Source: Lingula anatina (lineage: Eukaryota > Animalia > Brachiopoda). Taken from it: a DNA stretch of 64,000 bases. Both the position numbers and the translations under genes were made by a program. Positions within the stretch are counted from its first letter, which is position 1. Each line of letters starts with the position of its first letter. The stretch is taken from NCBI GenBank assembly GCA_051362555.1, contig CM120646.1:1364001-1428000 (forward strand), in the 5' to 3' direction. This document shows, piece after piece, positions 13,150 to 26,599 of the stretch. The notes beneath the pieces are model-generated. The model worked only from the letters and a program-made list of their open reading frames with translations, made no database searches and was not told the DNA's origin.

Positions 13150-15852
13150 TTATTTATGAAAAAGATGCTATTATTGATTGAAATAGTAGGTGTATACGTA
13201 AGATTTGAAGGGATATGTGTATGTTGTAGTTTGTCATTGAACAACAATACGCGCCGTTGTATTGATCTAAAAAAGAGGTGGTACACGGTTTAGTTGAACG
13301 GTTCGAAAAAATGTAAACAAACAAGGGTCCGCTAACACACAGGTAAGAGTAGAGTAATTCACAAAGAGAGGTATGCAAACCAAATACCTAGAGTATTGTG
13401 ATATTGAGTGTTTCGTAAGCACTTGGTAGATTGGCTTTGCCTTTTTCTTGAAGTAATTTACATTTGAACGATAAAGCGTCCAGCATTTAATGAATGACGG
13501 ACTTATAATATGAACCAGGTACGTTATATAGTAAAGCAGTTTTGTTTGCTGGTTAAGCAACTGTTGTGGTGGCCTATTTGTACTAAAACGGTCGTAAACA
13601 ACCTGTTTTAAGCAGGGCCTTTCATTACCACAGCCATCATTTCACAACATTCGTCAGATTCAAAGCTAAACATTACTACTCTTCATCTTTAAAAAAAATA
13701 TGTGTATTTTTTATTTTTCTAACTCAAAAAATCTCAGTATTTTTCTGATCCAAAGCTAAACAAAATTACAAAAATTTTCTGCTCGTTTTTTAGATTAAAT
13801 TTTATCCATCAGATGAATCACTTTTGTTTTTTAATTCAATTCAATTCAATATTCAATTCAATTTATTTCTGTAATGGTACATAGATTGTCATGACCTTGT
13901 ACAATATGATATACAAATGATGATACAATACAGTTAGTGCATTACCATCTTTATATAATGAAGATAAGTACTAGTAAAATCACTCATAGAATATTCTATC
14001 TAAGCAATGAGATAAACCTTGGTGTGATTATAAATTTAACATAAACATAGTATAAACATGTTACACAAAAAGAATATGTTTTTTTTTTTTAAAAACTTAA
14101 AACCACCGTTATATAGCTGTTTACATGGCTGTTCAAAGCCAGTTTGATGACATTGATAATTACGATTAATGACAATTACATAAGACAGATAAGTAAATAA
14201 GTTACACAGATATAAATATTGTGCCATGTTCAGTCCCACTGCCGAGTCACTTCTCACAACAGTGGCACCATACACTGACATTTTAAGGGATATGCTAGGA
14301 GTTACCAAGCAGAGCAACCACTTCACTTCTTTTCTTGAATGATTTGATTATAAAGTTGGAGAGGGACACTAAAGTATCTTTGTTGGCACTGTTAAATACA
14401 TGGCATAATTGACTGTCTAGTGACCTTGAATCAGCTTTTAGGAATGAGGTTTTACTGAAAAGGGTGACTCGGTCTGTTTTGTACATTGGGCATTGGAATA
14501 TAAAATGGTATTCATCCTCAATTACCCCTTGTGTGCACAGGTGACAGATTCTGTCGCACCTTTCAGTTTTTGGCCTGGTGTGCCGCCCAGTTTCGATGTG
14601 GAGTTTATGGTCACTCAGACGTAGTTTAGCAAGGGTTGACAATGTGTCGTAATTTGTTATTTTATCAACATAAGTTGCCCTTTCACACTTTTGGTTAAGT
14701 ATACGGAAGAGAGATAATTTACTGTTGGCTTGAAGTTTGCTGTTGCATATTTGGGTAAAGTGGTCAGTTTGTCTTTGTTTGAAAATTGTGGTGAAGTTTT
14801 TTGGAGGTGACTGGCTAAGCCACACATCACCAAGGCCAAATGTGAAAAGGATTTTTCGAATACCCTCAGACCATGACATACTAATGTTATGACATTTTAA
14901 TGTTAAAATGAAATGTATGATTCACTTCAAATTAAAAAAAAAATCAAAGTTTTCCACTATAAAGTTAACCAGCACAGAATATTTCCTGTTTGTCTTTGAA
15001 TATCAGAAAATATCCAAATAAAACAGAAACATTAATGTATTATGTAGAAATATTTTTCTCTTTAGTGCAAGAAACGACATTTTTATGATTGTTTGTAATG
15101 ATAAACATTACGGTATTCTTTTTCTTGTTCGACTGTGAAAATCAGTTTTTTTTCCTTGTTAAAATGATCGAAACACCAACCTCATATGCATAAGTGTTTT
15201 TTTATCTCTAGTGCATGAAACAACAGGTTTACTTTCTGATTTAAGTTTATTTTTTTATGTTCATCTTTGATTCTTAGAAATTTCCCAATGAAAATGACAA
15301 ATATTTGTTCTCCTTAGCGCAATAAACAACAGTCATTTTGTCTGTTTAAAGTTAAACAGTGCAGTATTATTTTCTGATCAGAAATCGGTAATCTCCCGTT
15401 CAAATTGAAACGCCAATATGGAAGTACTTTTCTCTTTAGTGCAGACAAGTTTTTTTTGTTTAAGCTAAACAGTGCAGTATTTTTTTTTCCTGTTCGACTG
15501 TGAAAATTATTTTCTTTGTAAAAATGAAATGCAAACATAAAATACAGATGTATTTTTATCTTTAGTGCATGAAACGGCATGTTTGAACAGAAAGAGAAGA
15601 AGGAAAGTGAGTGAATCACATTTAGTGGAACATCCTGCCTCTTTACCAGTTGTGCTTTTGCTTTTCCGTCACCTCAGCGGCTTCTTCATTTACGGAAGGG
15701 ACACACACTTGACGTTTTAATTTAAACAGTGCGGTATTTTTTCCTGTTCGACTGTGAAACTTAACATTTTCCTTGTAAAAATGAAACACAAGCCTTAAAT
15801 ACAGAGGTATCTCTAGTGCATGAAACAGCAGATTTTTGTCGGATTTTGTTCA

Positions 15853-15893
<41 letters not shown>

Positions 15894-18790
15894 CTAGAGA
15901 AAAAATAAATGTTAATTGTATTACTTATGTCATCGCTTATGTTTGAACAGAAAGAGAAGAAAGTGAGTGAATCACATTTAGCTGAACATCGTGCTCCTTT
16001 ATCAGTTGTGCTTTTGCTTTTCCGTCACCTGAGCGGAGTCTTCATTTACGGAAGGAACACACACTTGACGTTTTAAATGTGGACTTTCTTATTAAATGTT
16101 CAACCGGCTTTTTCAAGTCAACTTTTTTCCAAGCATGTCTATGATGTTGCGTCAGAAAAATTCCCGTATAAAAATAGAAATCTTTCGAATCGGTAGCAAT
16201 GGAGAAAGTTAACACAAGCTGAAGTATAAAGGGCATGCTTACCGGTGACAAGTGGCCATTTCCACTCCAACATACAGCTATTGCGGACTAAAATTCTCTC
16301 TTCAACTTCACTTCAAAGGTTTCATTTAGTTTTTACCATGGATGAGGAAGATGGCAAAAGGTAAGCATGCTTTAAGATATTCTTTAATATAATATTTTGA
16401 GAAATTTAGACAATCTGGGGTGTTAGTTGAATTTGTTTGACATAATGTCTAGGTTAATTATTTGAACAACCCTTGGTCTGTATGAACCAAGTTGTTGTCG
16501 AGAATGAAGGTTTCCCTATCAACAGCAAAATGTAAGAAAATCTGCTTTAATATTGAATTTTTTCCACAAAGTATCTAGGTTGGTAGTTTGAGTTATCTAA
16601 ACCCCATGTCTGTGCGACATCAGTTATTCTCCCTATCAACATTTTTTGTTTGCTCAATATGGGGGTCCGTCAATCATTTTAATTATGAAATACATGTAAC
16701 GGAATGGTATTATTGCGTCGAGTGCAAACCTGGTGTTATCTCTTTTTAAATGATTAAAATCTCTCTTTTTTCTCCCCCCCCCTCTCTCTCTGTTATTTGT
16801 TTCATCTTTGGCAATGTATACAATGTGTTTACTCATGAAATCGAACCCACTCCCTCGCGATGAAAATCGAAGATGTTCTTTATCAAGTTACACGCCAAGG
16901 TTCACTTCTTTTTATACCCGAGATTACTTAACCTGTCTCTCTTTATTCTTTTTTTACGCGTTTTTGTCTGCGGCTTGTAAATAAAAAAGCGTACATTTTA
17001 ACACTTGTAATATTCATCACTGGGAGTAGTAAAAAAGAAGACGCGAGAGGTAGTTAAAAAGTGGCAGAGCTATTAAAACATATGAATTCTGAATTCACAA
17101 AAATGGAGGTAATTTAGAATATATAATTGCTATCATTTTCTTGGCAGATAAGGCTCCAAAGTCCACATTTAGTATTAGATTATTCAAACATACCCCCCCC
17201 CCCCTTGCAGAAACCCCTTTGGCGAGAAACATGGAAAATCCAAAGTAGTTGTTTAACAAAAAAATTAAAATAATAAATAAATAAATAAATAAATAAGTAA
17301 ATAAATAAATAAATAAATAAATAATAAAATAATAATAATTAATAAAAATTAGATTAAAAAAATCAGCTGAAGAAAAAATAAATGTTGATTGCATTACCTA
17401 TGTCATCACTTATGTTTGAACAGAAAGAAAAGATTGAAAGTGAGTGAATCCTTTATGAGTTGTGCTTTTGCCTTTCCGGCACATGAGCGGTTTCTTCTTT
17501 TACGGAAGGAACACACACTTGACGTTTTAAATGTGGACTTTCTTATCAGATGTGCAACCGTTTTTTTTTTCAAGTCAATTTTTTTCTTAGAATTGTGCTC
17601 AATTTTGGCTGCTGGTTAATGCGCTTTTATAAGAAAATATAAGAGTTTGAGGAAAAATGTTGTTGTTAAACTGATGCCAATGCTCTTTACTTTTGGTGCT
17701 TGATGTAACCCATGCCAACAGGTACATTTATATGCAGGCATGTAGAATCAAGGTATAAACGCAAATACTCCTATCCCCATGGAAGGGAAGCAACAATGTG
17801 GTTGGACTGGATCGCTCACACCACTGGGCTGAAAATCCGTTAATAGCTCTGTCACTTTTTTTACTACGTCTCACGTCCTTTTATTACTACTACTGGAAGA
17901 ACCTGCCGTCAGTGGTGAATTAACGAAAAGTATAATTTCAGTTAAGTTAGATCGATGCATAATAGTAGATATACTGAACAATAATTGTTTGGTAATATTA
18001 CCATCCCTTTGCGATAAATGGATCAGCACCAAATTCTTCGTTCATTCCTTGGTGAAATTTTGGCAATATCTGAGAACTTACCAAGTCCCGTTCATAACTT
18101 TTTGCAAAACGGTTTTAAATAATAAAGATCATGCGAAGATCATGCCTTTGTTTCAACAGTAGCGTTTATTGATCTACAAAACTGATTTGATAACAAAGAT
18201 ATATTTTGTTTAAAAAGTTTTGAATAACTGGGGTGGACAGAAAATTGTATCGATTGTTGAAAAAAAATAAATACCATAAAGCAAACGCTTGTGTTAAAAA
18301 CACTGGTACGTATATAGATTGGCTCTAATGTCGCACTGGTGTGAGGCAAGGCTTTATTTTCCATTTTTGCAAATGCTTAAGTATATTAAAATGATCTAGG
18401 ATTTGGAATAACGTATGTGGACAACCAGGTTCTCCTCTATGCAGATGACATTGTACCGTCAGCACATAATATACAGGTGATGCTAAACTGTTCTGTTGGC
18501 CGGTGGAAATGCTGGAGAGCTTCTAGATATGAAACTAAACGGAATCTTCATCATTGATAAGAACACCCCAAGGAAAGTAGATTGATATAAATATCTTGGT
18601 GTTACCTCCCATTACTCAGTGCAGTTTGCACATAATGCTGAAATTTGGCGAAAGGAGTCAGCAAAAGGGTTAGGTGGTATTATGAGTAAGATACATAGAA
18701 TGAAAGACGTTAGCTTTACTGCTTTTGAGCAGCTGTTCAAATAATGTGTCATGCCTGTCACAGATTACTTTTTCTCCTCATCAGGTTATA
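13150..18790 (-). repeat. Minus-orientation copies of the mosaic repeat family
   Basis: Blocks are reverse complements of 54070-58970, 63361-63630 and 9716-10370. For example, 17661-17882 matches 54070-54281 almost exactly. Confidence 0.85.
13836..14894 (-). mobile_element. 5'-truncated RTEX-like LINE (ORF2 C-terminus + 3'UTR)
   Basis: ORF 14295-14879 has LAKLRLSDHKLHIETGRH...RICHLC...IEDEYHFIFQCPMY (CCHC finger). AATAAA plus (TTGAA)n tail at 13836-13868; TSD ttttaat at 13829-13835 and 14895-14901. The empty site is visible in the paralogous repeat at ~56900-56925. Confidence 0.85.
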
Positions 18791-18960
18791 GGTCAGTCAG
18801 AACTTTTGGCAATTTGCAAGTGTGAGCTATTAGGTATTTCATGGACAGATTTACACCAATATTAGCATTTTACTGAGAAGTTTGGTTGGCTGGCATTACT
18901 TTACACGCAATTAGTGCGTGATTATAGATACTGGGATAGATAAATAGCAATGAATATATA
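18380..18960 (+). mobile_element. Decayed LINE reverse-transcriptase fragment
   Basis: VLLYADDIV at ~18428-18455 and YKYLGV at ~18586-18603; frame disrupted. Confidence 0.6.
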
Positions 18961-20436
18961 GCAATATACTAATCAAGAAGTTGTTTTCTATTATTATCTT
19001 GAGTAATACTATCCCTTCTCAAGTATATGCAGCTGGTATAACGGGATGTGTGTAACGGGATAGGGAATGATAACAACAACACGGGCTACATGTAGCAATA
19101 ATCTTGTCCCCTATCTAAGGGTTGTGTTTTAGTCTGAAGGAGAGGGGCAGTATGAAATCCACAGACTAAACTTCATACCCTCTAACAGATTGATTGATTT
19201 TTTCACAAGATTTTTGACAGATCTGTCTTTAGATAATTAGAGATGTAGGGTTATTCGATTCCCTGTCATTCGATTCTCTGGCTTTTTGAAAAGTCCATAC
19301 AATATCTGCCCCCCCCCCCACCTCCCACCCCCACCCCCACCCCCCACCCCCACCTGCTGAAACCAGTCTGGTGATTACAATGGGGTCTGGAAAGCGCTTT
19401 TTGGTGACAATTTGTCCCTCATTCAAAAAGTAGCTGGTTGTCTTTATTTATTCGTAGCAGAAAAAAAGATTAAAACAATGGATCCTGTTTCCCTGTGGTA
19501 AGTTCAGGATGCCTTGAACGTGGCCTCTTTGAACTGTAGATACACCAGACTGGGCATATCTCTGTAAATCTGTGCGGAGCCTTCCCTGTTTTAACTGACT
19601 ACCTTGTTAGTGACACACCCGACCACGCATTTATCTTTCTCATAATTCACACGTTTAAGAAACAAATAACACATTTTACCTAGACATTTTTTAAACTAAA
19701 AAGTCTGTATGAGCTAAAAGAACTTTTTAATCATTGTTTTGTATTATTGTATACAATTTATTAATCACTTTGTGAGTTTCCTGAACATTATTTACAACTA
19801 GATTACTGTTTTATTTGTAGTAAGAGTCGCAAACATGCGCTTAAACAATGTCAAAGATCCATACCATGTAGCCTATTATATTGAATGTAGCCTATCAAAA
19901 TAGGTGTCAAGTAAAAAAGAGGAAAAAAGTAAAAAAAAAAAAAAAATCCACGTTTAGGATTAAGGTGACTCGGGTCACGAATCCAACTATCGAACAGAAA
20001 ATCATGTCACATTAGGTCGGTGTTGTTTGTGTCATCGTAACCGCCGTCGGAAGGATATATAACAAAGGCAAGATTGAAATCCAGGCGTAGATGGTACAAA
20101 TTATATTGCTAAAAGTCACATTATGAGGGTTGAAATATTTGGTAATGCAGCTCAGTGACAAATTGTCATAATTATTGAGATATAAAACACTTAATATATA
20201 AACAGGATTATGGCAAATAAAAACTATATAGTAATTAAGGATTATGGGAAATCGAAACTTTACCCAGTTTGTATTAATTTTCAAATTCAGACATCGTACA
20301 AGCTGGATCTGCATCTGCGGGGATACTCGCTAAAGTGGAGTCAATGAACGGAATATTGTCGGACACGCCCCCTCGAGCAGCTAGAGGGAAATTACTCTCG
20401 TGTGCGGTCGTGAGGGGACGCGTAAAATACTGGGCT

Positions 20437-21290
20437 GGTTAGATAGATAGATTTTTTTACCAACTCCGAGTAGAATACAATATTTAACAGAACAAACAAA
20501 ACAACAAGTACATATACAATTAATCATCCGACTTTTCCATCTCCGACAACTCTTTTAACTGTTTCTTTTTGGACAGAAACAAATAACATGCTCTTCCGTC
20601 TGAACACAATTTTCATCAGTTTCGCACGTGCATAGTCTCATATTTCTAGGGCGGCGTGGCCATCTCCCCGTTTCAATAGCTTAACTATGAGTTCTTAGCC
20701 GTCACTGTGACTGTATGATGAATACATATCGTGTATCGTTAAGTTAGGATTCATCTTTAAGTATGTAACAGGTTTAATTCTGATTGAATTTCTAATTCGA
20801 TTCTTTATTTCGGCTCTATTAGCCTCTATAATGGTATCAGAATTAAGGATCTCCTAGTATGGGGCTCCCCTGGCGCCGTTGTCGTTACAAAGCCGACACA
20901 CATGCATCAAAGAATCGTGCACCATGCACCATGCCAAATCGTGACTGAAGAATCTTAGTCATATAGGATCTTTGTGCAGCACGTACCCTGGCGCACAGTT
21001 CGGGTATCCCTTGTTCGGCTAGTATTAAGTCATTAGGAGTGCTCTGTCTGACACTCATTAAAGTTTTGATTATTGCGAAATATGACGACTGAGCTGTTTG
21101 TAACTTGAGCCTAGCCAGGACTCACATTCATACAGTACCGAAGACATTAATGCTTTTTTCTTTATAGGAAATGGGAAGTCCGCGTTTTTTAAATAAAAGA
21201 TACAAACTTTAAAAGTTGACAGCACTTTAGCGAGATTAGCCTCAGGTGCGCTGTCTAAATCAAAAAGAAACTTAATTGTTATTGACAAGC
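20437..21290 (-). mobile_element. Decayed RTEX-like LINE 3' fragment
   Basis: Minus strand vestiges SSVLYECESWL, AIETGRW...LCTCETDENCVQTEEHV and an (ATCT)n tail near 20440. Confidence 0.6.
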
Positions 21291-24232
21291 TTAGTTATTC
21301 TTGTCGTCATAGTGTTCATATATATATGTATATATAATTTACCAGAAACCATTTGGATCGTATTAATATATTTCTTTTTAAGTTTTGGAGAACAGAGGGA
21401 AGTATAAAGAGGTCGGTGTTAAAAAATTACCTTGATAAGATTAAATGAAAGGATCTTGATTAAGAATATGAAAGTGGGACATTAAAAATTATCAGTAAAG
21501 ATGATTCAAAAACAACATTTAATTGTAATAAAAGGACTGCTCGATTATGCTGTCCTAGTAATGGTCACTGGAGACTACTACATACGTATGTATTTGGAAA
21601 TATTTTAGAAATACCCAAGTGTATATTATCTGCTACTATATTAACCCCCCCCAAAAAAAATTGAATATATACTGTTGTAGAGACTTTGATAAACAAGTTT
21701 TATAGAGATGGGTTATAGTCATTGTTAATGTAAAGGTACATCGATTTCATGATTGAAGAAAGGCATCATTTATATGGGCGACGTGGTTTAAGAAAAATAG
21801 ACTGAATACATATAAAGAAATACTACAGGTGTTGGGACACAATTACCTTTTATATATGTGGGATATCAAGTTTTAAGATATTGTGTTGATAATCAGTTAA
21901 TTAAGGATTATGGCAAACCAAAACTATACCTGCACCAGTTTGAATTAATTTTCAGAGGAGTGCGTCTTTAAAAGAAATATTTGACTTCCAGAGCAGAAAG
22001 TTTGAAACTTTTCTTCAACAAATAAGAATGCATTCAATTCCCAGATGAAATGTACCATATGCAGTCAATCGCATCACAGCAGTTCTGTGCGATCCAATCT
22101 GAATGTCATCAATTAAGCAGAAGAACACGTCACCTTTTGTTTTTAACGTACTATTATAATCCCCATACCGGGAGGAGGTGTTTTCAGAATCCGTTGACTT
22201 GATTGTATTCAGCGGGAGTCTCAACTGAGTTATATCAATCCATGTAGAACGATGGCTTCATTGGGAACGAGTCCACATGTTCTCTTTCCATGTATTTAGA
22301 TAGTCGACTACTTCCCCTCCATTCAGAAATATCTTAACCGGATAAATCCACGAACACACAAAAAGTTCAACTTATCCACCTTCTACCTGGTTTCCAAATT
22401 TCAAAAGTTTGTAAAACGGAAAGAAAAAACGATATAAAATTTTGACTATATATTTGTAGAGTATTAATTCTGGGGTCCATGAATCTATAAAACTTTTTAG
22501 TTCTAATTTTTAACCTTGGCTCCCATGCTTAATAAATTTGATCTTATTTCTTAATGTAAACCCTTGGCCTGAGCTTCTCCATTCCCACCGCTGTCTGGTT
22601 CTCATCTACAGCAATGGTATACCTGCTGGGGTGCATGCAGACATGCAGTTTGGGTGTGGTAGGGGAGGGGGGTATGATACCCATGAACAATATATACTGT
22701 ACAACTATATTAATAGAGGCTGTTCTGTAGAGTAATAAAGAGGGGAGTATGAAATTTGTAGCGCATGGTTCATAAACCACGAGCTTAATTCCAAACTTTT
22801 CCTGGTCTGTTTTGAGAAATGCTTATCTACGATCCCATGTTCTCTTCTCATGAATTTGAATGGATGGCGGTCTGAAATAAAAAATGTAAATCCCAGTCAT
22901 CCATAAGAAGAACAGCCTACTACAAAAGTAATGTGATTATTTACTCGGTTAAAAAAATTCATTGTGACGAAATATTGGATACCCCACTGCTAGATCTCAA
23001 GTAAGTGATGTAGGTAACCCTATTTGTTTACACAGTCATGACATACAGGTAACAATGCTCCTGTAAGGAGAACTTAAGGCTGAAGTTGAAAATGTGGGCA
23101 AACTGTACCCCTACCAGGTTCACAGATTGATTTTTCACTAGACATCCACAGATATATTTTAGGTAAACCATGGCAACATTTTCAGCTGACCAACGGGGTT
23201 TAGATATAGAATAAATTATCATCAGTCAATTGGCCTTTTGTATAGAGTAGGGAGACAGCGGTGAGGGCGAATACAGTTGCTGTGTATCATTGTGTTTCAT
23301 GAAATGCTTTATATAATGTGATGTTAACGTTTCACTGTACCTCCAAATACAGAAACTAGACAGTATGCTTACTTGTACCGTACTGGGTCTTTTCAATTTC
23401 TTTAAAAAAACTCATTCATTCATCCAAATATTCATTACTTTTATTCATTTGATCATATGATCGTATTTATAAGCTCTTTCAATTCGATTTAATAAAAATT
23501 TAAGTAAGTGCTTAAAAATGAAAATAAAGGTACATCACCTTCCCTTAATACAAAAAGGTTCAGAATGTGAAAAAATAATAACCCGGCTTATATCTTCAGC
23601 GAGATCTTCAAATTACAAATCAGTGTCTTCTACAGACGATATGGGAAGTTCTCATAAACCAATCGTACTATCTGAATCGATTTACTTCGCAGGGATTTAG
23701 CTAAATTGCATTCATTGTAAGCGGCTTATTTGACTGGCACGCCTACTCAAGCTGGTAGGGGATAATTAACGATAGTCAATTACCCCTTTGTTACTCAAGG
23801 GGGCTTATGGGAACGCAGTTTCAAGTTTCAGAGGTCACTGGAAAGTCACCCCCTACATTATCAGCAGGACTCCGTCGTTTCCAAGAACCATTGTGGTATA
23901 GTGGTAGAAGAAAGGGAGTTTTGAGGGACCCCCGTAATTCAGTGTTCCTCGGAATCTACGTAAACATTTGTGTTAATTAAGCTACACGTAGGAAAGAAAA
24001 TAATTGTGGGTAGAAACGAAAAAAGCATCATATTTTAATGTTTTACACTTTCCTATCGTCCGTGAGAATTTCTGAAAAAAAAATAAATAAAATAAATAAA
24101 CATCTTCTAAATTCACAGACATGATTGTCATAGTGGTTATATTCTACGGTTAATTCAAGGGTTAGTCCTTCCACGGAACTTTTTATAAAGCCTTTTTTTA
24201 ACTGGGTCAGTTTGCATATAGACCTTTTATTC

Positions 24233-26599
24233 ATGTTTACCTTCAATTTTAGATATCCTCCGTGTGAACGACGACCGGGACGAAACGTTGAAAATAATGA
24301 AGATATGGAAAAATTCTCAAAATACTTAGCAGAAATGCTACCTCAGGAGATGTTTTCCATGAAAACGTTTCACCAGGCAATTAAAAACCTATTTGGGATT
24401 GATTTAGAACAGGATGAAAAGAAAATGTGTAAAATTCTCTATCAGGCAATTATCAGATCCAGTGGTGAAGATAAAACATCAGAAAATGGACTACTTGCAC
24501 TTATAGGGAAATATTATGGTGAATCTGTATTTACAAACGTCGGGTGTTATAATCATTATCCTCATGAATATATCGAACAGATTGGCCACAATATAGTTCA
24601 AAAGTTATTAGGGCATGTCTTTCCAGAGATGAAAGATGCGAGCAAAAGCTTACGGATCAAGTGTCTGGGTAGCTCATTTGGCGGCCTTGGGGTCCCATAT
24701 TTGTATGACCGGGAGCATGAAGCTCACCTTGAAATATCAGATGCAGATGTCATGCTAGTGTTAACGTCGCCAATTTTTCCCGCAGTCACGTCTCGTAGAG
24801 AGCAAGTGACAACAACAGAGGCAACGCTGTTCGTGGATGGTCATGGCTGTCATCCCGGTTATGTCAAACTTAAGTTCCAGGGCGAACAGCATTGGCTTCG
24901 TGTGCCAGGCATTTTGGAACGTGATCAAACTGGGGATGTATATCTGAGCAACAGAATCATGCAACATTTCGTCCAAAACCCGATGCTCGGGTTAGAAAAA
25001 GTGAAATTACTTTGTAAAAAGCTAAATGTCAGTTTTAATGGTCCTGCGGTATCATACAAATTGCCAATTTTTTCTGGTGTCAAACGAAACATTGTTCTGA
25101 CAGGCGATATTGTAGGGTCATTTCAGTGGAATGAGTTTCCTCAAGAAGCAGATGAATGGCTTGGTCGCGAGAGACCGAATAATTGGCCCAATGAGGAGCA
25201 AATCAAAGCTGTGAAAGCACTTGGATGTCATCTTGTTCCAGTTGCCAATCCTGGTGATCGAGATTGCCCAACCGAATGGAGGATTGCTTTTGTTTTAGCT
25301 GAGCGTCATCTTGCCTTGTCCTTAAATCCAGTTCAGTGCCATGTTTACCGCATCATAAAACTGGTACACAAGCAACGATTAGGAGGACTCGGCGTCCTTT
25401 CTACGTACCACTTAAAAACAACGCTATTCTGGTTATGTGAGCGCATTCCACAGGACAGCTGGACAGATGAAAAGAGGGGACAGCGTTTTTACGATTTTCT
25501 CGACCTCTTGATTGATTTTCTCTCCAGCAAGTGCATCCCAAACTACTTCATACGGGAAAACAACATGATAGATTACATGGATGAACAATTTGTCAATGAA
25601 AATGTTAAATTTTTGTGCGAGATCCGCAAAAATCCAAAAGCAATCCTCGACGAAATCCAAGCAACATATGACCTCCACTTTGATCTAGTGTTTTACTTGC
25701 TGTCAAAAACTCCTTTCAGAGATGTTTTGAAGGAGCTTGAAACACAGCAGGTGCGCGCAAGGTCACCAGAGGGTGAAAGTCCAGGAGGCTTGCTTAGAAC
25801 CATGAGAGAGATACTGGTCGACTCGTCAGAAAATGACTCAGACAGTGCCATGGGGGCAATAGGGGGAGCAGTAGACGCCTTTTGTTGGAAAGACTCAAAC
25901 AGTCCCTTTAAACTAATAAAAGAAATTGGAAAGGGGTTATTGAAAATCGCCTTGAAAGATAAAGTCGAAGAAAAATCAAAACGGACAACTCACTCAGTTT
26001 GCAATGACCAGCGTGGGACGGCAGCGAGAAGTAAGGTGGACAGTCCCCAAACAACAAACAATGCAGAAAACACAATACAAAGAAAGCATGTAATAGTGAC
26101 TGACTCAATAGGACAGTACCTTGATGGCAACAGGATGGACAGATCCTACGTGAAAGTACTCAGAGATAAAACTATTGCAGACGCACATGACTATATAATC
26201 AAATCAAACCTGGGAAATCCAGAATCTTTGACTTTTATTGTAGGAACAAACAGCATTGATCACCAAAGTGTTGCAGACACCGTCTCAGAGCTACACCAGC
26301 TGCGAGAGACAGCAGAAACGAAATATCCTGACTGTGATATATATTTCACGGGGATCCTGAATCGGCAACAAAACCAGAGTTTTAACGAGAGAGCAAAGCG
26401 GTACAATGACACTGTTGAGGCTGAACTCAGAGGTCATCTTAAAGCACATTTTATCGCAGTAAATGAGGTGATAAGCTCCCCAGATCACTACAGGGAAGAT
26501 GGATTTCACCTCAGTAGGAGGGGCACAAGCCTACTAGCACAATGTATTATGGCTTCACGCATCACTGCTCCACCGCCATCTTCTACCGACCGTCCATAA
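24233..26599 (+). CDS. Mab-21/cGAS-like nucleotidyltransferase (cGLR) fused to C-terminal SGNH/GDSL hydrolase, copy A (~788 aa; may be a terminal exon)
   Basis: Uninterrupted ORF. NTase motifs CLGSS, SDADVMLV and third Asp in GDIV; Mab-21 signatures GCHLVPV, EWRIAFVLAER, LSTYHLKTTLFWLCE, CIPNYFI.ENNMI. SGNH blocks VIVTDSIG, VGTNSI, DGFHLS. Start uncertain: ATG 24233, ATG 24305, or acceptor ttttag| at 24252. Confidence 0.9.
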   Translation: MFTFNFRYPPCERRPGRNVENNEDMEKFSKYLAEMLPQEMFSMKTFHQAIKNLFGIDLEQDEKKMCKILYQAIIRSSGEDKTSENGLLALIGKYYGESVFTNVGCYNHYPHEYIEQIGHNIVQKLLGHVFPEMKDASKSLRIKCLGSSFGGLGVPYLYDREHEAHLEISDADVMLVLTSPIFPAVTSRREQVTTTEATLFVDGHGCHPGYVKLKFQGEQHWLRVPGILERDQTGDVYLSNRIMQHFVQNPMLGLEKVKLLCKKLNVSFNGPAVSYKLPIFSGVKRNIVLTGDIVGSFQWNEFPQEADEWLGRERPNNWPNEEQIKAVKALGCHLVPVANPGDRDCPTEWRIAFVLAERHLALSLNPVQCHVYRIIKLVHKQRLGGLGVLSTYHLKTTLFWLCERIPQDSWTDEKRGQRFYDFLDLLIDFLSSKCIPNYFIRENNMIDYMDEQFVNENVKFLCEIRKNPKAILDEIQATYDLHFDLVFYLLSKTPFRDVLKELETQQVRARSPEGESPGGLLRTMREILVDSSENDSDSAMGAIGGAVDAFCWKDSNSPFKLIKEIGKGLLKIALKDKVEEKSKRTTHSVCNDQRGTAARSKVDSPQTTNNAENTIQRKHVIVTDSIGQYLDGNRMDRSYVKVLRDKTIADAHDYIIKSNLGNPESLTFIVGTNSIDHQSVADTVSELHQLRETAETKYPDCDIYFTGILNRQQNQSFNERAKRYNDTVEAELRGHLKAHFIAVNEVISSPDHYREDGFHLSRRGTSLLAQCIMASRITAPPPSSTDRP

